DNA of 57,614 nucleotides from an uncultured Burkholderiales bacterium (lineage in GTDB: Bacteria; Actinomycetota; Acidimicrobiia; IMCC26256; JACPCJ01): positions 1 through 57,614 of the forward strand of contig CAZTOV010000005.1 of NCBI GenBank assembly GCA_964615175.1, in the 5' to 3' direction. The translations under genes and the position numbers were made by a program. Shown piece by piece: positions 18,145-28,955 of this stretch (the stretch's first letter is position 1; each line of letters starts with the position of its first letter). The notes beneath the pieces were generated by a model that did not search any database, had not been told where the DNA came from, and saw only the letters and a list, made by a program, of their open reading frames with translations.

Positions 18145-19671
18145 ATGAGCACCGACCGACTGGGTTCGCTGGGAAGCGACGTGGAGGCCGAGATGGCAGC
18201 TCTCGCGAGCGCCGAGGCCGTCGAACGCCTCTGGGGGTGCGACCACACGTTGTTCGGCGACGCTCCCGACGAGATCGCCGACCGGCTGGGGTGGCTCGAG
18301 AGCCCCGGCGAGATGGGCGAACGGGCGAGTGCCCTCCAGTCGTTCGCCGACGGGGTCGCCGGGCAGGGGTTCACCGATGCCGTCCTCATGGGTATGGGCG
18401 GGTCGAGCCTCTTCCCCGAGGTCGCGGCCCGCACCTTCGGCGACGGCTCGGGAGCGCTGAACCTGCACGTGATGGACACCACCGATCCCGCGGCCATCCT
18501 CCGCATCGAGGAGCGTCTCGAGTTCGACACGACACTCTTCGTCGCCGCATCGAAGTCGGGGACGACGATCGAGACCCGCAGCCAACTGTCGTACTTTTGG
18601 GAGCGCGTCGGCGACCCCGACCGGTTCCTGGCCATCTCCGACCCCGGATCGCCGCTGGCGACGCTCGCGCGCGACCGGCAGTTCCGGGCTGTGTTCGAGA
18701 ACCGCCCCGACATCGGCGGGCGCTACTCGGCGTTGTCGCACTTCGGCCTGGTCCCGATGGCGCTCGTGGGGGGCGACCTGGCCGAGCTGCTGTCCCACGC
18801 GGTCGAGATGGCCGAAACGTGTCGGCGCCCGGCAGCCGAGAACCCCGGCGCGCGGCTGGGCGCGGTGATAGGAGCGGCCGCCCATGCCGGGCGCGACAAG
18901 CTCACCCTCCGCATCGACGAACCGCTGGCGGCGTTCGGCGCATGGGTCGAGCAGCTCGTCGCCGAGTCGACGGGGAAGGCCGGCCGGGGGATCGTGCCGG
19001 TCGACGGTGAAGCCCCTCGGCCACCCGGCGATTACGCCGACGACCGCCTCTTCGTGACCGTGGGGGACGATCCGGACGCGGAAGCGCTGGCAGCCGCCGG
19101 CCACCCCGTTGTGGAGTTCGACTGGGACGATCCCTACGCGCTCGGCGGTGAGGTGTTCCGCTGGGAGGTCGCGACCGCGATGGCCGGGCGCATCTTCGGG
19201 ATCAACCCCTTCGACCAGCCCGACGTGCAGGCGGCCAAGGACGCCACCGCAAAGGTGCTCTCCGACGGTCTGCCCGACGTCGGCGAGGAGCAGCTCGCCC
19301 CGCTCCTCGACCAGCTCGAGCCGGGCGACTACCTGGTGATCCAGGCGTACGTCGATCCTGGTGGCGAGTTGGTGACACCGTTGCGAGCGGCCGCCGACCG
19401 GATCGGAGCCGATCGTGGCGTGGCGAGCACGTTCGGACTCGGACCCCGGTACCTCCACTCGACCGGCCAGCTCCACAAGGGCGGACCCGCGAACGGGGTG
19501 TTCGTCCAGGTGGTGGAGGACGACCCGCGGGATGTCGAGGTGCCCGACGCCGGTTACACGTTTGGCACTCTGAAGCGGGCCCAGGCCGCAGGAGACCTCG
19601 ACGCGCTGAAGGAACGGGGCCTGCGAGCAGGGCGCGTGTCCATCGACGATCTGTTGCGGGTGATCGCATGA
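18145..19671 (+). CDS. pgi: Glucose-6-phosphate isomerase (stand-alone Pgi half of the Tal-Pgi type)
   Basis: GMGGSSL, ASKSGTTIET, IGGRYSALS, EQLVAESTGK, NPFDQPDVQAAK, LHSTGQLHKGG. Confidence 0.88.
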   Translation: MSTDRLGSLGSDVEAEMAALASAEAVERLWGCDHTLFGDAPDEIADRLGWLESPGEMGERASALQSFADGVAGQGFTDAVLMGMGGSSLFPEVAARTFGDGSGALNLHVMDTTDPAAILRIEERLEFDTTLFVAASKSGTTIETRSQLSYFWERVGDPDRFLAISDPGSPLATLARDRQFRAVFENRPDIGGRYSALSHFGLVPMALVGGDLAELLSHAVEMAETCRRPAAENPGARLGAVIGAAAHAGRDKLTLRIDEPLAAFGAWVEQLVAESTGKAGRGIVPVDGEAPRPPGDYADDRLFVTVGDDPDAEALAAAGHPVVEFDWDDPYALGGEVFRWEVATAMAGRIFGINPFDQPDVQAAKDATAKVLSDGLPDVGEEQLAPLLDQLEPGDYLVIQAYVDPGGELVTPLRAAADRIGADRGVASTFGLGPRYLHSTGQLHKGGPANGVFVQVVEDDPRDVEVPDAGYTFGTLKRAQAAGDLDALKERGLRAGRVSIDDLLRVIA

Positions 19672-20561
19672 AGTTGGGGATGGTGGGACTCGGGAAGATG
19701 GGGGGCAACATGGCCGCCCGGCTCCGCCAACATGGCCACGAGGTCGTGGGATACGCGACGGCGCCGGAGGGGCGTGACGTGGACTCGCTCGCCCAACTCG
19801 TCGAGGCGCTCGAGCCGCCGCGGTCGGTCTGGCTGATGGTCCCGGCCGGGGAGGCCACCGAGAGCACCGTCGCCGAGCTGGCGGATCGCCTCGAGGCCGG
19901 CGACGTCGTGATCGACGGGGGCAACGCCAACTACCACGACTCGGTGCGACGAGCCGAGATGCTGGCCGGCCGCGACATCGGCTTCGTGGACGCCGGCGTA
20001 TCGGGCGGGGTCTGGGGGCGCGAGGTCGGTTACTGCCTCATGGTCGGCGGCGAGACCGAGATCATCGAGCGGCTGCAGCCGGCCTTCGACGCCCTCGCCC
20101 CCGAAGGGGGGTTCGTGCACGCGGGCCCGAACGGCGCCGGGCACTTCACCAAGATGGTCCACAACGGCGTCGAGTACGCGCTGATGGAGGCGTATGCGGA
20201 GGGATACGAGCTGCTCCGGGCCTCCGATCTCGCGATCGACGTCCCCGGCGCGTTCGCGGCATGGCGGTACGGGAGCGTCGTGCGATCGTGGCTCCTCGAC
20301 CTTCTCGTCGGTGCCCTCGAAGAGGACCCGGGGCTGGAGGAGTTGCGAGGCTACGCGGACGACTCCGGTGAGGGGCGTTGGACCGTGCAGGAGGCCATCG
20401 ATCACGCCGTTCCCGCGCCGGCGATCTCGGCCGCGCTCTACGCGCGCTTCGCCTCCCGCCAGGACGATTCGCCGGCGATGCGGGTGATCGCAGCCCTGCG
20501 AAGGGAGTTCGGAGGACACGCGGTCCGCGACGCCGACGGCGAGGGAGGCGATCGAGCATGA
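19668..20561 (+). CDS. gnd: 6-phosphogluconate dehydrogenase, short type
   Basis: [43 protein letters not shown]. Confidence 0.95.
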   Translation: MKLGMVGLGKMGGNMAARLRQHGHEVVGYATAPEGRDVDSLAQLVEALEPPRSVWLMVPAGEATESTVAELADRLEAGDVVIDGGNANYHDSVRRAEMLAGRDIGFVDAGVSGGVWGREVGYCLMVGGETEIIERLQPAFDALAPEGGFVHAGPNGAGHFTKMVHNGVEYALMEAYAEGYELLRASDLAIDVPGAFAAWRYGSVVRSWLLDLLVGALEEDPGLEELRGYADDSGEGRWTVQEAIDHAVPAPAISAALYARFASRQDDSPAMRVIAALRREFGGHAVRDADGEGGDRA

Positions 20562-21952
20562 CCCGAGGTGCGGCACAGGGTGAGCGCGCCGACGGCATCG
20601 TGCTCTTCGGCGCCACGGGTGACCTGGCGAAGAAGAAGCTCTTTCCCGCCCTGCACCATCTGGTCTGTGAAGGACGTGATCTGGGACCGATCGTGGGCGT
20701 CGCCTCCCGTGACTGGAGCGATGCACAACTCCGTGAGTACGCGCGCGACGCGGTGGAGGAGGCGGGCGAGAGCGAGGACGGTGCCCTCGACAACCTTCTA
20801 TCGAACCTCGTGTACCTCTCGGGCGACTATCGGAAGCCCGAGACCTTCGATCGCCTGGCGAGCCTCCTCGAGGGCGTCGAGCGCCCCCTCTTCTACCTGT
20901 CGATCCCGCCCGGGTTGTTCGACGACGTCGTCGAGGGACTCAGCCGTGTCGGGCTGCACGAGCGGGGACGACTGGTGGTCGAGAAGCCCTTCGGTAGGGA
21001 TCTCGATTCGGCGCGACGGCTCGATGAGTGCCTCCACCGGGCGTTCGACGAGGACGCCATCTTCCGGATCGACCACTACCTGGGCAAGGAGTCGGTCGAG
21101 AGCATGCTGGTGTTCCGGTTCGCCAACGCGTTGCTCGAGCCCCTTTGGAACCGTCAGTACGTGTCGCGGATCGAGATCACGATGGCCGAGGACTTCGGCG
21201 TCGAAGGGCGCGGGCGCTTCTACGAGGGGGTCGGCGCGCTGCGCGACGTGGTGCAGAACCACCTGCTCCAGGTCTTGGCGCTCCTCGCCATGGAACCGCC
21301 GGTGGCGGCCGACGCCGAGGCCCTCCGCGACGAGAAGTCCAAGGTGCTGCGGGCGATCCCGCCACTGGACCCCGCGAAGGTGGTGCGTGGGCAGTTCCGC
21401 GGCTACCGCGACGAGGACGGCGTGGCCGACGACTCGGACGTCGAGACCTTCGTGGCGCTCCAGCTCCACATCGATTCGTGGCGGTGGGCGGGGGTTCCCA
21501 TCTACATGCGGGCAGGGAAGTGTCTGGCGGCGCGTGCCACCGAGGCGCTCGTCGAGTTCCATCGAGCGCCGCGCCTGCTCTTCGCCGAACCGGACGCCCC
21601 GAAGCCTCACCGCAACCATCTCAGGTTCAGGCTCGGAGGGAACGACGGGGTGACGCTGTCGGTCGAGACCAAGGAGCCCGGTGACCGCCTCCTGAGCCGA
21701 CCGGTGGATCTCTCCGTGTCCTACCCGAGCGTCCTCGGCGACCGGTGGGGTGCGTACGAGCGCCTGCTCGACGATGCTCTCGCGGGTGATGCCCGCCGCT
21801 TCGCCCGCGTCGACGGAGCCGAGGAGGCGTGGCGCATCGTGCAACCGGTGCTCGACGATCCACCGACGATCGAGGAATACGAACCCGGGACGTGGGGTCC
21901 TGCGTCCGCCGACGCACTGCTTCCGAGCGGCTGGCACGAACCGGAGATCTGA
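20558..21952 (+). CDS. zwf: Glucose-6-phosphate dehydrogenase
   Basis: [29 protein letters not shown]. Confidence 0.96.
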   Translation: MTRGAAQGERADGIVLFGATGDLAKKKLFPALHHLVCEGRDLGPIVGVASRDWSDAQLREYARDAVEEAGESEDGALDNLLSNLVYLSGDYRKPETFDRLASLLEGVERPLFYLSIPPGLFDDVVEGLSRVGLHERGRLVVEKPFGRDLDSARRLDECLHRAFDEDAIFRIDHYLGKESVESMLVFRFANALLEPLWNRQYVSRIEITMAEDFGVEGRGRFYEGVGALRDVVQNHLLQVLALLAMEPPVAADAEALRDEKSKVLRAIPPLDPAKVVRGQFRGYRDEDGVADDSDVETFVALQLHIDSWRWAGVPIYMRAGKCLAARATEALVEFHRAPRLLFAEPDAPKPHRNHLRFRLGGNDGVTLSVETKEPGDRLLSRPVDLSVSYPSVLGDRWGAYERLLDDALAGDARRFARVDGAEEAWRIVQPVLDDPPTIEEYEPGTWGPASADALLPSGWHEPEI

Positions 21953-21954
21953 GC

Positions 21955-22647
21955 GTGCAGATCGAGGTGCGTCCGGACGAGTACTCGGCCGCGGTGGCCT
22001 GCGCCGCGTGGATCGCCGAGCACCTCGCTCGAGCCACGAGCGAGAGGGGCACGGCGACGATGGCCTTCAGTGGGGGACGCACACCCGCTCGCATGCTCGA
22101 AGAGCTGGCCAAGGCCGGGCTCGATTGGAATCTCCTCCACGTCTTCCAGGTCGACGAACGCGCGGTGCGGGAGGATCACTCCGAACGGAACCTCCGACTC
22201 CTGCGCGAGCACCTCTTGGCCGGGGTCGAGCTCCCGGCGGGGAACCTCCACCCCATGCCGGTGGGAATGTCGAACCTCGACGATGCCGCCCGTCGATACG
22301 AGCAGGTCCTCCGCGACGTGTGTGGCCGACCCGCGCACCTCGACGTGGTGCATCTGGGCCTCGGCGACGACGGCCACACCGCGTCCCTCGTGCCGGGGGA
22401 CCCGGTGGTCGAGGAGGAAGACGACGATGTCGCCGCGGTCGGCCGTTACGGCGGTCACCGACGCCTCACCCTCACCGCTCCGACGCTACGGCGAAGTCGA
22501 CATCAGGCGTGGCTCGTCACGGGCGCGTCGAAGTCGGGCGCGCTCCGCGAACTTCGATCCGGACAGGGTGTCGCCGCCCGGGTGATGCACGAAGACGCGG
22601 TCGTGTTCGCCGACGACGCCGCGGCCGGCGCCGAGCCCGCCGGGTAG
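21955..22647 (+). CDS. pgl: 6-phosphogluconolactonase
   Basis: SGGRTP, QVDER, LGLGDDGHTASL, RLTLT. Confidence 0.9.
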   Translation: MQIEVRPDEYSAAVACAAWIAEHLARATSERGTATMAFSGGRTPARMLEELAKAGLDWNLLHVFQVDERAVREDHSERNLRLLREHLLAGVELPAGNLHPMPVGMSNLDDAARRYEQVLRDVCGRPAHLDVVHLGLGDDGHTASLVPGDPVVEEEDDDVAAVGRYGGHRRLTLTAPTLRRSRHQAWLVTGASKSGALRELRSGQGVAARVMHEDAVVFADDAAAGAEPAG

Positions 22648-22651
22648 CGCG

Positions 22652-24457
22652 GTGACGCAACCCATCGAGGACTACGCGCTCATCGGCGACACGCACACTG
22701 CCGGGTTGGTGGGGCTCGACGGTTCGATCGACTGGCTGTGCTTCCCCCGTTTCGATTCCGGCGCGTGTTTCGCAGCGTTGCTGGGGACGCCCGAGAATGG
22801 GCGCTGGCTCGTTGCTCCCCAAGGGGAGGTACGGCGGACCCGCCGCCGATACCTCCCGGGGACGCTCGTGCTCGAGACCGAGTTCGAGACCGCGGACGGC
22901 ACCGTCCGGATCATCGACTGCATGCCCCATCGGGAACACGGGAGCGGCGAAGAGGTCTCGGATGTGGTTCGGATCGTCGAAGGCGTCGCCGGCCGGGTTC
23001 CCATGCGAACCGAGTTGGTGATCCGGTTCGATTACGGCTGGATCGTGCCGTGGGTGCGCCACCTCCGCGAGTGTCTTCACGCGGTCGGCGGACCGGACGG
23101 CCTGTGCCTCACGACGCCCGTCGATCTGCGTGGCGAGGGCATGACGACGGTGGGGGAGTTCACCGTGGAGGAAGGAGACCGGGTCCCGTTCAATCTGACC
23201 TGGCACCCGTCGCACCTCGCGATCCCGGAGCCCCGTGACCCACAACAACTCCTGGAGGAGACCGAAGCGTGGTGGCGAGCGTGGTCGTCGAGATGCGCCT
23301 ACGACGGTCCCTGGGAAGAGGCGGTGACACGATCGTTGATCACCCTGAAGGCCCTCACCTACGAGCCGACCGGGGGAATCGTCGCCGCCCCGACCACGTC
23401 GCTCCCGGAACACCTGAGCGGCGTCCGCAATTGGGACTATCGGTACTGCTGGTTGCGCGACGCCACCTTCACCCTGAACGCCTTGCTCCTCAGCGGATAC
23501 CGGGACGAAGCGGCCGCGTGGCGGGACTGGCTCCTGCGTGCCGCCGCGGGCGACCCCCGAGACCTGCAGATCCTCTACGGGCCGGCCGGAGAACGCCGAA
23601 TCCCCGAGCTCGAACTCGGATGGCTCGACGGCTACGAGGGGTCGCGCCCGGTCCGTGTGGGCAATGCGGCCGCCGGCCAGTTCCAACTCGACGTCTTCGG
23701 CGAGGTCATGGACGCCATGCACCAGGCCCGGCGAACGGGTATGGCTCCCGAGGAAGAGGCCTGGGAACTGCAACGAATGCTCCTCGACCACCTCGAGTCG
23801 GTGTGGGAACAGCCCGACGAAGGGCTCTGGGAGGTGCGGGGCCCCCGACGGCACTTCACCCACTCCAAGATGATGGCGTGGGTGGCCTTCGACCGGTGCG
23901 TCACCGCCGTCGAGCAGTTCGGCCTCGAGGGGCCGGTCGATCGATGGCGCGGCCTGCGAGACGCCATCCACCGCGACGTGTGCCGGCGTGGCTACAACTC
24001 CGACCGGGGCGCCTTCACCCAGTACTACGGGTCTGACGCACTCGACGCGGCCCTGCTGATGATGCCGCTCGTGGGTTTCCTCCCGGTGCATGACGAGCGC
24101 GTGACGAGCACGGTCGCGGCCATCGAGGACGAGCTGTGTGTGGACGGCTTCGTGATGCGGTACAGCCCCGACGAGGCCGTCGACGGGCTCGAGGGGCCCG
24201 AAGGAGCGTTTCTCCTGACGACGTTCTGGCTCGTGGAGGTGCTGGCTCTGCAGGGACGTACGGAGGCCGCCGCTACCCTCTTCGAGCGGCTCCTGGCGAT
24301 CCGCAACGACGTCGGCCTCCTTGCCGAGGAGTACGACCCGGAGACGCGGAGACTCCTGGGGAACTTCCCCCAGGCCTTCTCGCACATCGGCATGGTCAAC
24401 GCGGCCTGCGCGCTCACCGACGTCGTCAGCGTCGACCGTAGCCGCGCCCCCGAATGA
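22652..24457 (+). CDS. Glycoside hydrolase family 15 (trehalase-like)
   Basis: IEDYALIGD, APTTSLPE, RNWDYRYCWLRDA, LLAEEYD...GNFPQAFSH. Confidence 0.93.
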   Translation: MTQPIEDYALIGDTHTAGLVGLDGSIDWLCFPRFDSGACFAALLGTPENGRWLVAPQGEVRRTRRRYLPGTLVLETEFETADGTVRIIDCMPHREHGSGEEVSDVVRIVEGVAGRVPMRTELVIRFDYGWIVPWVRHLRECLHAVGGPDGLCLTTPVDLRGEGMTTVGEFTVEEGDRVPFNLTWHPSHLAIPEPRDPQQLLEETEAWWRAWSSRCAYDGPWEEAVTRSLITLKALTYEPTGGIVAAPTTSLPEHLSGVRNWDYRYCWLRDATFTLNALLLSGYRDEAAAWRDWLLRAAAGDPRDLQILYGPAGERRIPELELGWLDGYEGSRPVRVGNAAAGQFQLDVFGEVMDAMHQARRTGMAPEEEAWELQRMLLDHLESVWEQPDEGLWEVRGPRRHFTHSKMMAWVAFDRCVTAVEQFGLEGPVDRWRGLRDAIHRDVCRRGYNSDRGAFTQYYGSDALDAALLMMPLVGFLPVHDERVTSTVAAIEDELCVDGFVMRYSPDEAVDGLEGPEGAFLLTTFWLVEVLALQGRTEAAATLFERLLAIRNDVGLLAEEYDPETRRLLGNFPQAFSHIGMVNAACALTDVVSVDRSRAPE

Positions 24458-24504
24458 CCCGACGCCCACGGGAGGTCCCGGCGGCCTTGCGTACACTGAC
24501 GGTC

Positions 24505-25146
24505 ATGTCCGGCGACCGCAGCCAACCGACAGGCCGCGCCGAGGTGCTCACGGCCCCCAACCTCCTGTCCGTGGGCCGCCTCCTCGCCGTTCCCCTGTTC
24601 CTCTGGCTGCTGTTCGGGGCGGAGACCCGCCTCGGTGCCGCCGTCCTCCTGGGCGTGCTCGGCGCCACTGATTGGGTCGACGGGTGGGTCGCCCGCCGCT
24701 TCGACCAGGTGACCGAGTTGGGGAAGGTGCTCGATCCGACCGCCGACCGAATCCTGCTCGGGGTGGCCGGCGTGGCGATCTTCGTCGACGGGGCCGTACC
24801 CGGAATCGTCTTCTGGCCGGTGATCGTGCGCGAGGTGGCGATCTCGATCGCGGTCATTGCGCTGGCTCTGGCCGGCGCCCAGCGGATGGACGTGCTGTGG
24901 ACGGGCAAGGCCGGTGCCTTCGGGCTGATGTTCGCCTTCCCGTTCTTCCTGCTCGGTGACGCCGGGACGAGCTACGACGATCTCTGGACCACCGTGGCCT
25001 GGGTGTGCGCCGTCCCCGGCGTCGTGCTCGGGTACGTCGCCGCTGTCGAGTACGCGCGGCTGGTGCCCGGGGCGCTCGCCGACCGCAGCCGTCCGGAGCC
25101 GGTCACTGCCGAGACTGGCGAGACTGCCGATGAGGTGACCCGGTGA
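24505..25146 (+). CDS. CDP-alcohol phosphatidyltransferase (PgsA2/cardiolipin synthase-like)
   Basis: PNLLS..R and DWVDGWVARR...LGKVLDPTADR; leaderless -10 TACACT. Confidence 0.92.
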   Translation: MSGDRSQPTGRAEVLTAPNLLSVGRLLAVPLFLWLLFGAETRLGAAVLLGVLGATDWVDGWVARRFDQVTELGKVLDPTADRILLGVAGVAIFVDGAVPGIVFWPVIVREVAISIAVIALALAGAQRMDVLWTGKAGAFGLMFAFPFFLLGDAGTSYDDLWTTVAWVCAVPGVVLGYVAAVEYARLVPGALADRSRPEPVTAETGETADEVTR

Positions 25147-27635
25147 AGGCGGTGATCATGGCCGGGGGAGAAGGGACGCGACTGCGGCCGCTGACCAGCA
25201 ACCTCCCGAAGCCGATGATCCCCATGGCCAACCGCCCGATGATGGAGCACATCGTCACGCTGCTCCGCCAGCACGGCTTCGACGAGATCGTGGTGACGGT
25301 CGCGTACCTTGCCAACCACATCCGCAACTACTTTGGCGACGGCGACGAGTTCGGGGTGCGCTTCCGCTACGCGGTCGAGGAGGAGCCACTCGGCACGGCC
25401 GGCTCGGTCCGGAACGCCGCCGGCGAGCTCGACGGCACGTTCATGGTGATCTCGGGCGACGTGCTCACCGACATCGACCTCGGGCAGGTCCTCAAGGCGC
25501 ACCAGGATGCCGGCGCCACCGCCACGATCGGTCTGAAGCGGGTGGAGAACCCGCTCGAGTTCGGCATCGTCATCACGCGAGAGGACGGGTCGGTCGAGCG
25601 CTTCCTCGAGAAACCGGGGTGGGGCGAAGTCTTCTCCGACACCGTCAACACCGGCATCTACGTGCTCGAACCGGAGGTCCTCGACTTCATCGAAGAAGGA
25701 CGGCAGGTCGACTTCTCGGGTGAGGTGTTCCCGAAGCTCCTCGAAAAGGGCCTGCCGATGCTCGGCCACGTGGCCGAGGGCTACTGGGAGGACGTGGGCA
25801 ATCCCGACGCCTACCTCCAGGCCCATCGAGACCTCCTCGCGGGCAAGGTCGACGTGGAGGTGCCGGGCTTCAAACTCCGCGAGGGGGTGTGGATCGGCGA
25901 AGGCGCCGAGGTCGACCCCGAAGCGGTCATCGACGGCCCCGCTCTGATCGGTGACCACTGCCGCATCGAGCCGGGGGCCCGGGTGGGGAAGTACGCCACG
26001 CTCGGCAACGACGTGATCGTGAAGCACGACGCGTTCATCGAGCGGTCGGTCGTGCACGACCACAGTTACCTCGGGCCGTCGACGCGCCTGCGCGGCTGTT
26101 CGGTGGGGCGTTCGTGCGACCTCCGTCAGGGCGCTCGCGTCGAGGAGGGCGTCGTGCTGGGCGACGAGTGCTTCGTCGGCGAGCACGCGGTCATCAACCC
26201 GGGCCTGAAGGTGTATCCGTTCAAGACGATCGAGGACGACGCGGTCATCAACGCATCGATCGTCTGGGAGAGCCGCGGCGCCCGTTCGCTGTTCGGCCGA
26301 CGGGGCGTGAGCGGCCTCGCCAACGTCGACATCGGACCGGAGCTGGCGGTACGACTGGCGGTGGCCTACGGGAGCACCGTCAAGAAGGGCACCGTGGTCA
26401 CGATGAGCCGCGACACGAGCCGTACGGCCCGCGCCCTCAAGCGTGTGATCCAGGGTGCGCTGAACCTGTCGGGCGTCCATGTCGACGATCTCGAGCTGGC
26501 GCCGGTTCCGCTCACTCGCTTCCAGGTCCGCAACGACCGGGCCAGTGGAGGGATCACGGTCCGGCTCGCGCCCGGCGATCCCCAGAGCGTCGAAGTGCGG
26601 TTCTTCGACGCCGAGGGCAAGGACGTACCCGAGAGCGCCCAACGGAAGATCGAGCGCCAGCTCTCACGTGAGGACTTCCGCCGCGCGTTCGCAGGGGAGA
26701 TCGGCGACATCGTGTTCCCACCTCGCTCGATCGAGTTCTACACGGCAGCCCTGGTCCAGACCGTCGACGTCGACCGCATCCGCGACCGGCAGATCAAGGC
26801 GGTGCTCGACTATTCGTTCGGGTCGACTTCGATGGTGATGCCGACCGTGCTGTCGAAGCTCGGGGCGGAAGTGCTCGCGGTGAACCCCTATGCGAGCACC
26901 GCGCCCGCCACCGTGACGCCCGAGGAGGTCCGCCTCCGAGCCGAGCGGCTCGGCGAGATGGTGCGGACGTCGGGGAGCGACCTCGGGTGCGTGCTGGACC
27001 CCGACGGCGAGACGCTCATCATCGTCGCCGACGACGGGCAGGCGCTGAGTCCCGACCAGACTCTGCTGGCGCTCACCGAGCTGATTGCGGCCTCGCGCAA
27101 GGGCAGTCGCATCGCGCTTCCGGTGTCGGCCAGCGCCGAGGCCGAGCGGATCGCATCGAGCCACGGCGCCGAGATCGTGTGGACGAAGCTCGCCCCCAGC
27201 GCCCTCATGGAGGTGGCGGTCGACGGCGACGTCGACTTCGCCGGTTCGAGGGAGGGGGGCTACATCTGGCCCGACTTCATCCCCGCCTTCGACGCCATCG
27301 CGACATTCGCCAACGCGCTCGATCTCCTCGCCCGCACCGGGCGGCGGCTCTCCGAGGTGGTGGCCGAGCTGCCGGTTCTCCACGTGGTCGAGGAGACGGT
27401 GCCGACGCCGTGGGAGCAGAAGGGTGCGGTGATGCGGACCTTGGTCGAGCGGACCAAGGAGCGTGACGTCGTCCTCGTCGACGGCGTGAAGATCCGGTTC
27501 CCGGAGGGCTGGGTGCTCGTGGCCCCCGATCCGGAAGAACCCGTGACCCGGGTGTGGGCCGAGGGACAGAGCGACCACGACGCCCGCCGCCTCGCCGAGG
27601 AGTTCACGAGACGCATCCGCACCATCCTGCGGTGA
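25143..27635 (+). CDS. Mannose-1-phosphate guanylyltransferase fused to a phosphomannomutase-like domain
   Basis: MAGGEGTRLRPLT..PKP, EPLGTAG, FLEKP, hexapeptide beta-helix region, C-terminal PMM fold. Confidence 0.92.
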   Translation: MKAVIMAGGEGTRLRPLTSNLPKPMIPMANRPMMEHIVTLLRQHGFDEIVVTVAYLANHIRNYFGDGDEFGVRFRYAVEEEPLGTAGSVRNAAGELDGTFMVISGDVLTDIDLGQVLKAHQDAGATATIGLKRVENPLEFGIVITREDGSVERFLEKPGWGEVFSDTVNTGIYVLEPEVLDFIEEGRQVDFSGEVFPKLLEKGLPMLGHVAEGYWEDVGNPDAYLQAHRDLLAGKVDVEVPGFKLREGVWIGEGAEVDPEAVIDGPALIGDHCRIEPGARVGKYATLGNDVIVKHDAFIERSVVHDHSYLGPSTRLRGCSVGRSCDLRQGARVEEGVVLGDECFVGEHAVINPGLKVYPFKTIEDDAVINASIVWESRGARSLFGRRGVSGLANVDIGPELAVRLAVAYGSTVKKGTVVTMSRDTSRTARALKRVIQGALNLSGVHVDDLELAPVPLTRFQVRNDRASGGITVRLAPGDPQSVEVRFFDAEGKDVPESAQRKIERQLSREDFRRAFAGEIGDIVFPPRSIEFYTAALVQTVDVDRIRDRQIKAVLDYSFGSTSMVMPTVLSKLGAEVLAVNPYASTAPATVTPEEVRLRAERLGEMVRTSGSDLGCVLDPDGETLIIVADDGQALSPDQTLLALTELIAASRKGSRIALPVSASAEAERIASSHGAEIVWTKLAPSALMEVAVDGDVDFAGSREGGYIWPDFIPAFDAIATFANALDLLARTGRRLSEVVAELPVLHVVEETVPTPWEQKGAVMRTLVERTKERDVVLVDGVKIRFPEGWVLVAPDPEEPVTRVWAEGQSDHDARRLAEEFTRRIRTILR

Positions 27636-27698
27636 CCCCCTGGTTCTTGACTGTGTTTTGCCCGCTCAGCGGGCAAAACACAGTCAAGAACCAGGGGG
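27636..27698. repeat. REP-like palindrome, family 1, copy 2
   Basis: Perfect 30-bp stem, loop TCA; compensatory changes relative to 2987-3035. Confidence 0.9.
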
Positions 27699-27746
27699 GA
27701 GGCCGAGACGTCGCATGATCGAATGGGCGCGCTAGCGTCCTCGGCT

Positions 27747-28121
27747 ATGGAGTATCCCGAAGAGCTGAAGTACACGAAGGAACACGAGTGGGTGCGCGTC
27801 GACGGCGACCGGGCGGTCATGGGCATCACCGACTACGCCCAGGACGCCCTCGGCGACATCGTCTACGTCGACCTCCCCGAGGTCGGGACCGAGGTCCGCG
27901 CCGAGCAGTCGTTCTGCGAAGTCGAATCGACCAAGTCGGTGTCGGAGATCTACGCCCCGGTGTCGGGCCAGGTGGTCGAGGTGAACGAGAGCCTCGAGGA
28001 CGCTCCCCAGAAGATCAACGACGCGCCGTACGGTGACGGCTGGATCTGCGCCATCCAGATGACCGATGACGCCGAGACCGCCCGGTTGCTCGACGCTTCG
28101 GCGTACCAGCAACTCCTCTGA
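27747..28121 (+). CDS. gcvH: Glycine cleavage system H protein
   Basis: YTKEHEW, GITDYAQDALGD, VESTKSVSEIYAP (lipoyl Lys), PYGDGW. Confidence 0.96.
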   Translation: MEYPEELKYTKEHEWVRVDGDRAVMGITDYAQDALGDIVYVDLPEVGTEVRAEQSFCEVESTKSVSEIYAPVSGQVVEVNESLEDAPQKINDAPYGDGWICAIQMTDDAETARLLDASAYQQLL

Positions 28122-28126
28122 CACTG

Positions 28127-28888
28127 ATGGGCGAGCGTTGGAGGCTCTTCGTCGATCTCGACGAGCCTCCGTCGGCCACCGAGCAGATGGGCCGCGACGA
28201 GGCCCTGCTCGACGAGGTACTCGACGGTGCACCGCCGGCGCTGCGCGTCTACCGCTGGCGGGCTCCGGCTCTGACACTGGGCCGGTTCCAACCCGACGAC
28301 CACGTCGACCGTGACGCCTGCGACGCCCTCGGCGTGGAGGTGGCCCGGCGGCCAACCGGGGGTCGGGCGCTGCTCCACGGCGCCGACCTCACCTACGCGG
28401 TCGCGTTGACCCGTCCCTCCGACGTCCGCGATTCCGTCGAAGCTCTCTACGCCCATCTCGCCAGTGCCCTCATCGGCGGCCTCGCGCGACTCGGCGTACG
28501 GGCGGAGATCGCATCTCACGACGGCGACCCCGGGCCGGTGTGCTTCGCGTCGGCGCTCGGATCCGACCTCCGGGTCGGATCCCGAAAGGTGTGTGGCTCG
28601 GCCCAGGTCCGCCGAGGTCCGGCGGTGCTCCAGCACGGGTCGGTACTGCTCGATCGCCTCGACCTCGACGAGGTCGATCTCATGCTCTTCGACGACGAGA
28701 TGGGGCGAACCGAGGCCCGAGGCCGGCTGAGCGACGCGACGGTGACGCTCAGCGAGCTGGGTGCCCCCGCCGACGCGGAGCGCGTGAGCGCCGCGCTCGT
28801 GGACGGTTTCGCCGATGCTCTCGGCGCCGACTTCGGCGCGGCGCGCAGACGCGTGCGCAGAGAGCGGGAACGGTTGACCTCCACCTGA
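28127..28888 (+). CDS. Lipoate-protein ligase family, LipM-like octanoyltransferase
   Basis: RRPTGGRALLH, CF, KVCGSAQ, LQHGS; adjacent to gcvH. Confidence 0.88.
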   Translation: MGERWRLFVDLDEPPSATEQMGRDEALLDEVLDGAPPALRVYRWRAPALTLGRFQPDDHVDRDACDALGVEVARRPTGGRALLHGADLTYAVALTRPSDVRDSVEALYAHLASALIGGLARLGVRAEIASHDGDPGPVCFASALGSDLRVGSRKVCGSAQVRRGPAVLQHGSVLLDRLDLDEVDLMLFDDEMGRTEARGRLSDATVTLSELGAPADAERVSAALVDGFADALGADFGAARRRVRRERERLTST

Positions 28889-28955
28889 GGTCGAGGCCCA
28901 GCGGGCGGAGCCATTGCCGCGCGGTGGGGGTGCGGGACTGGGTAGCCTGGGGCTC

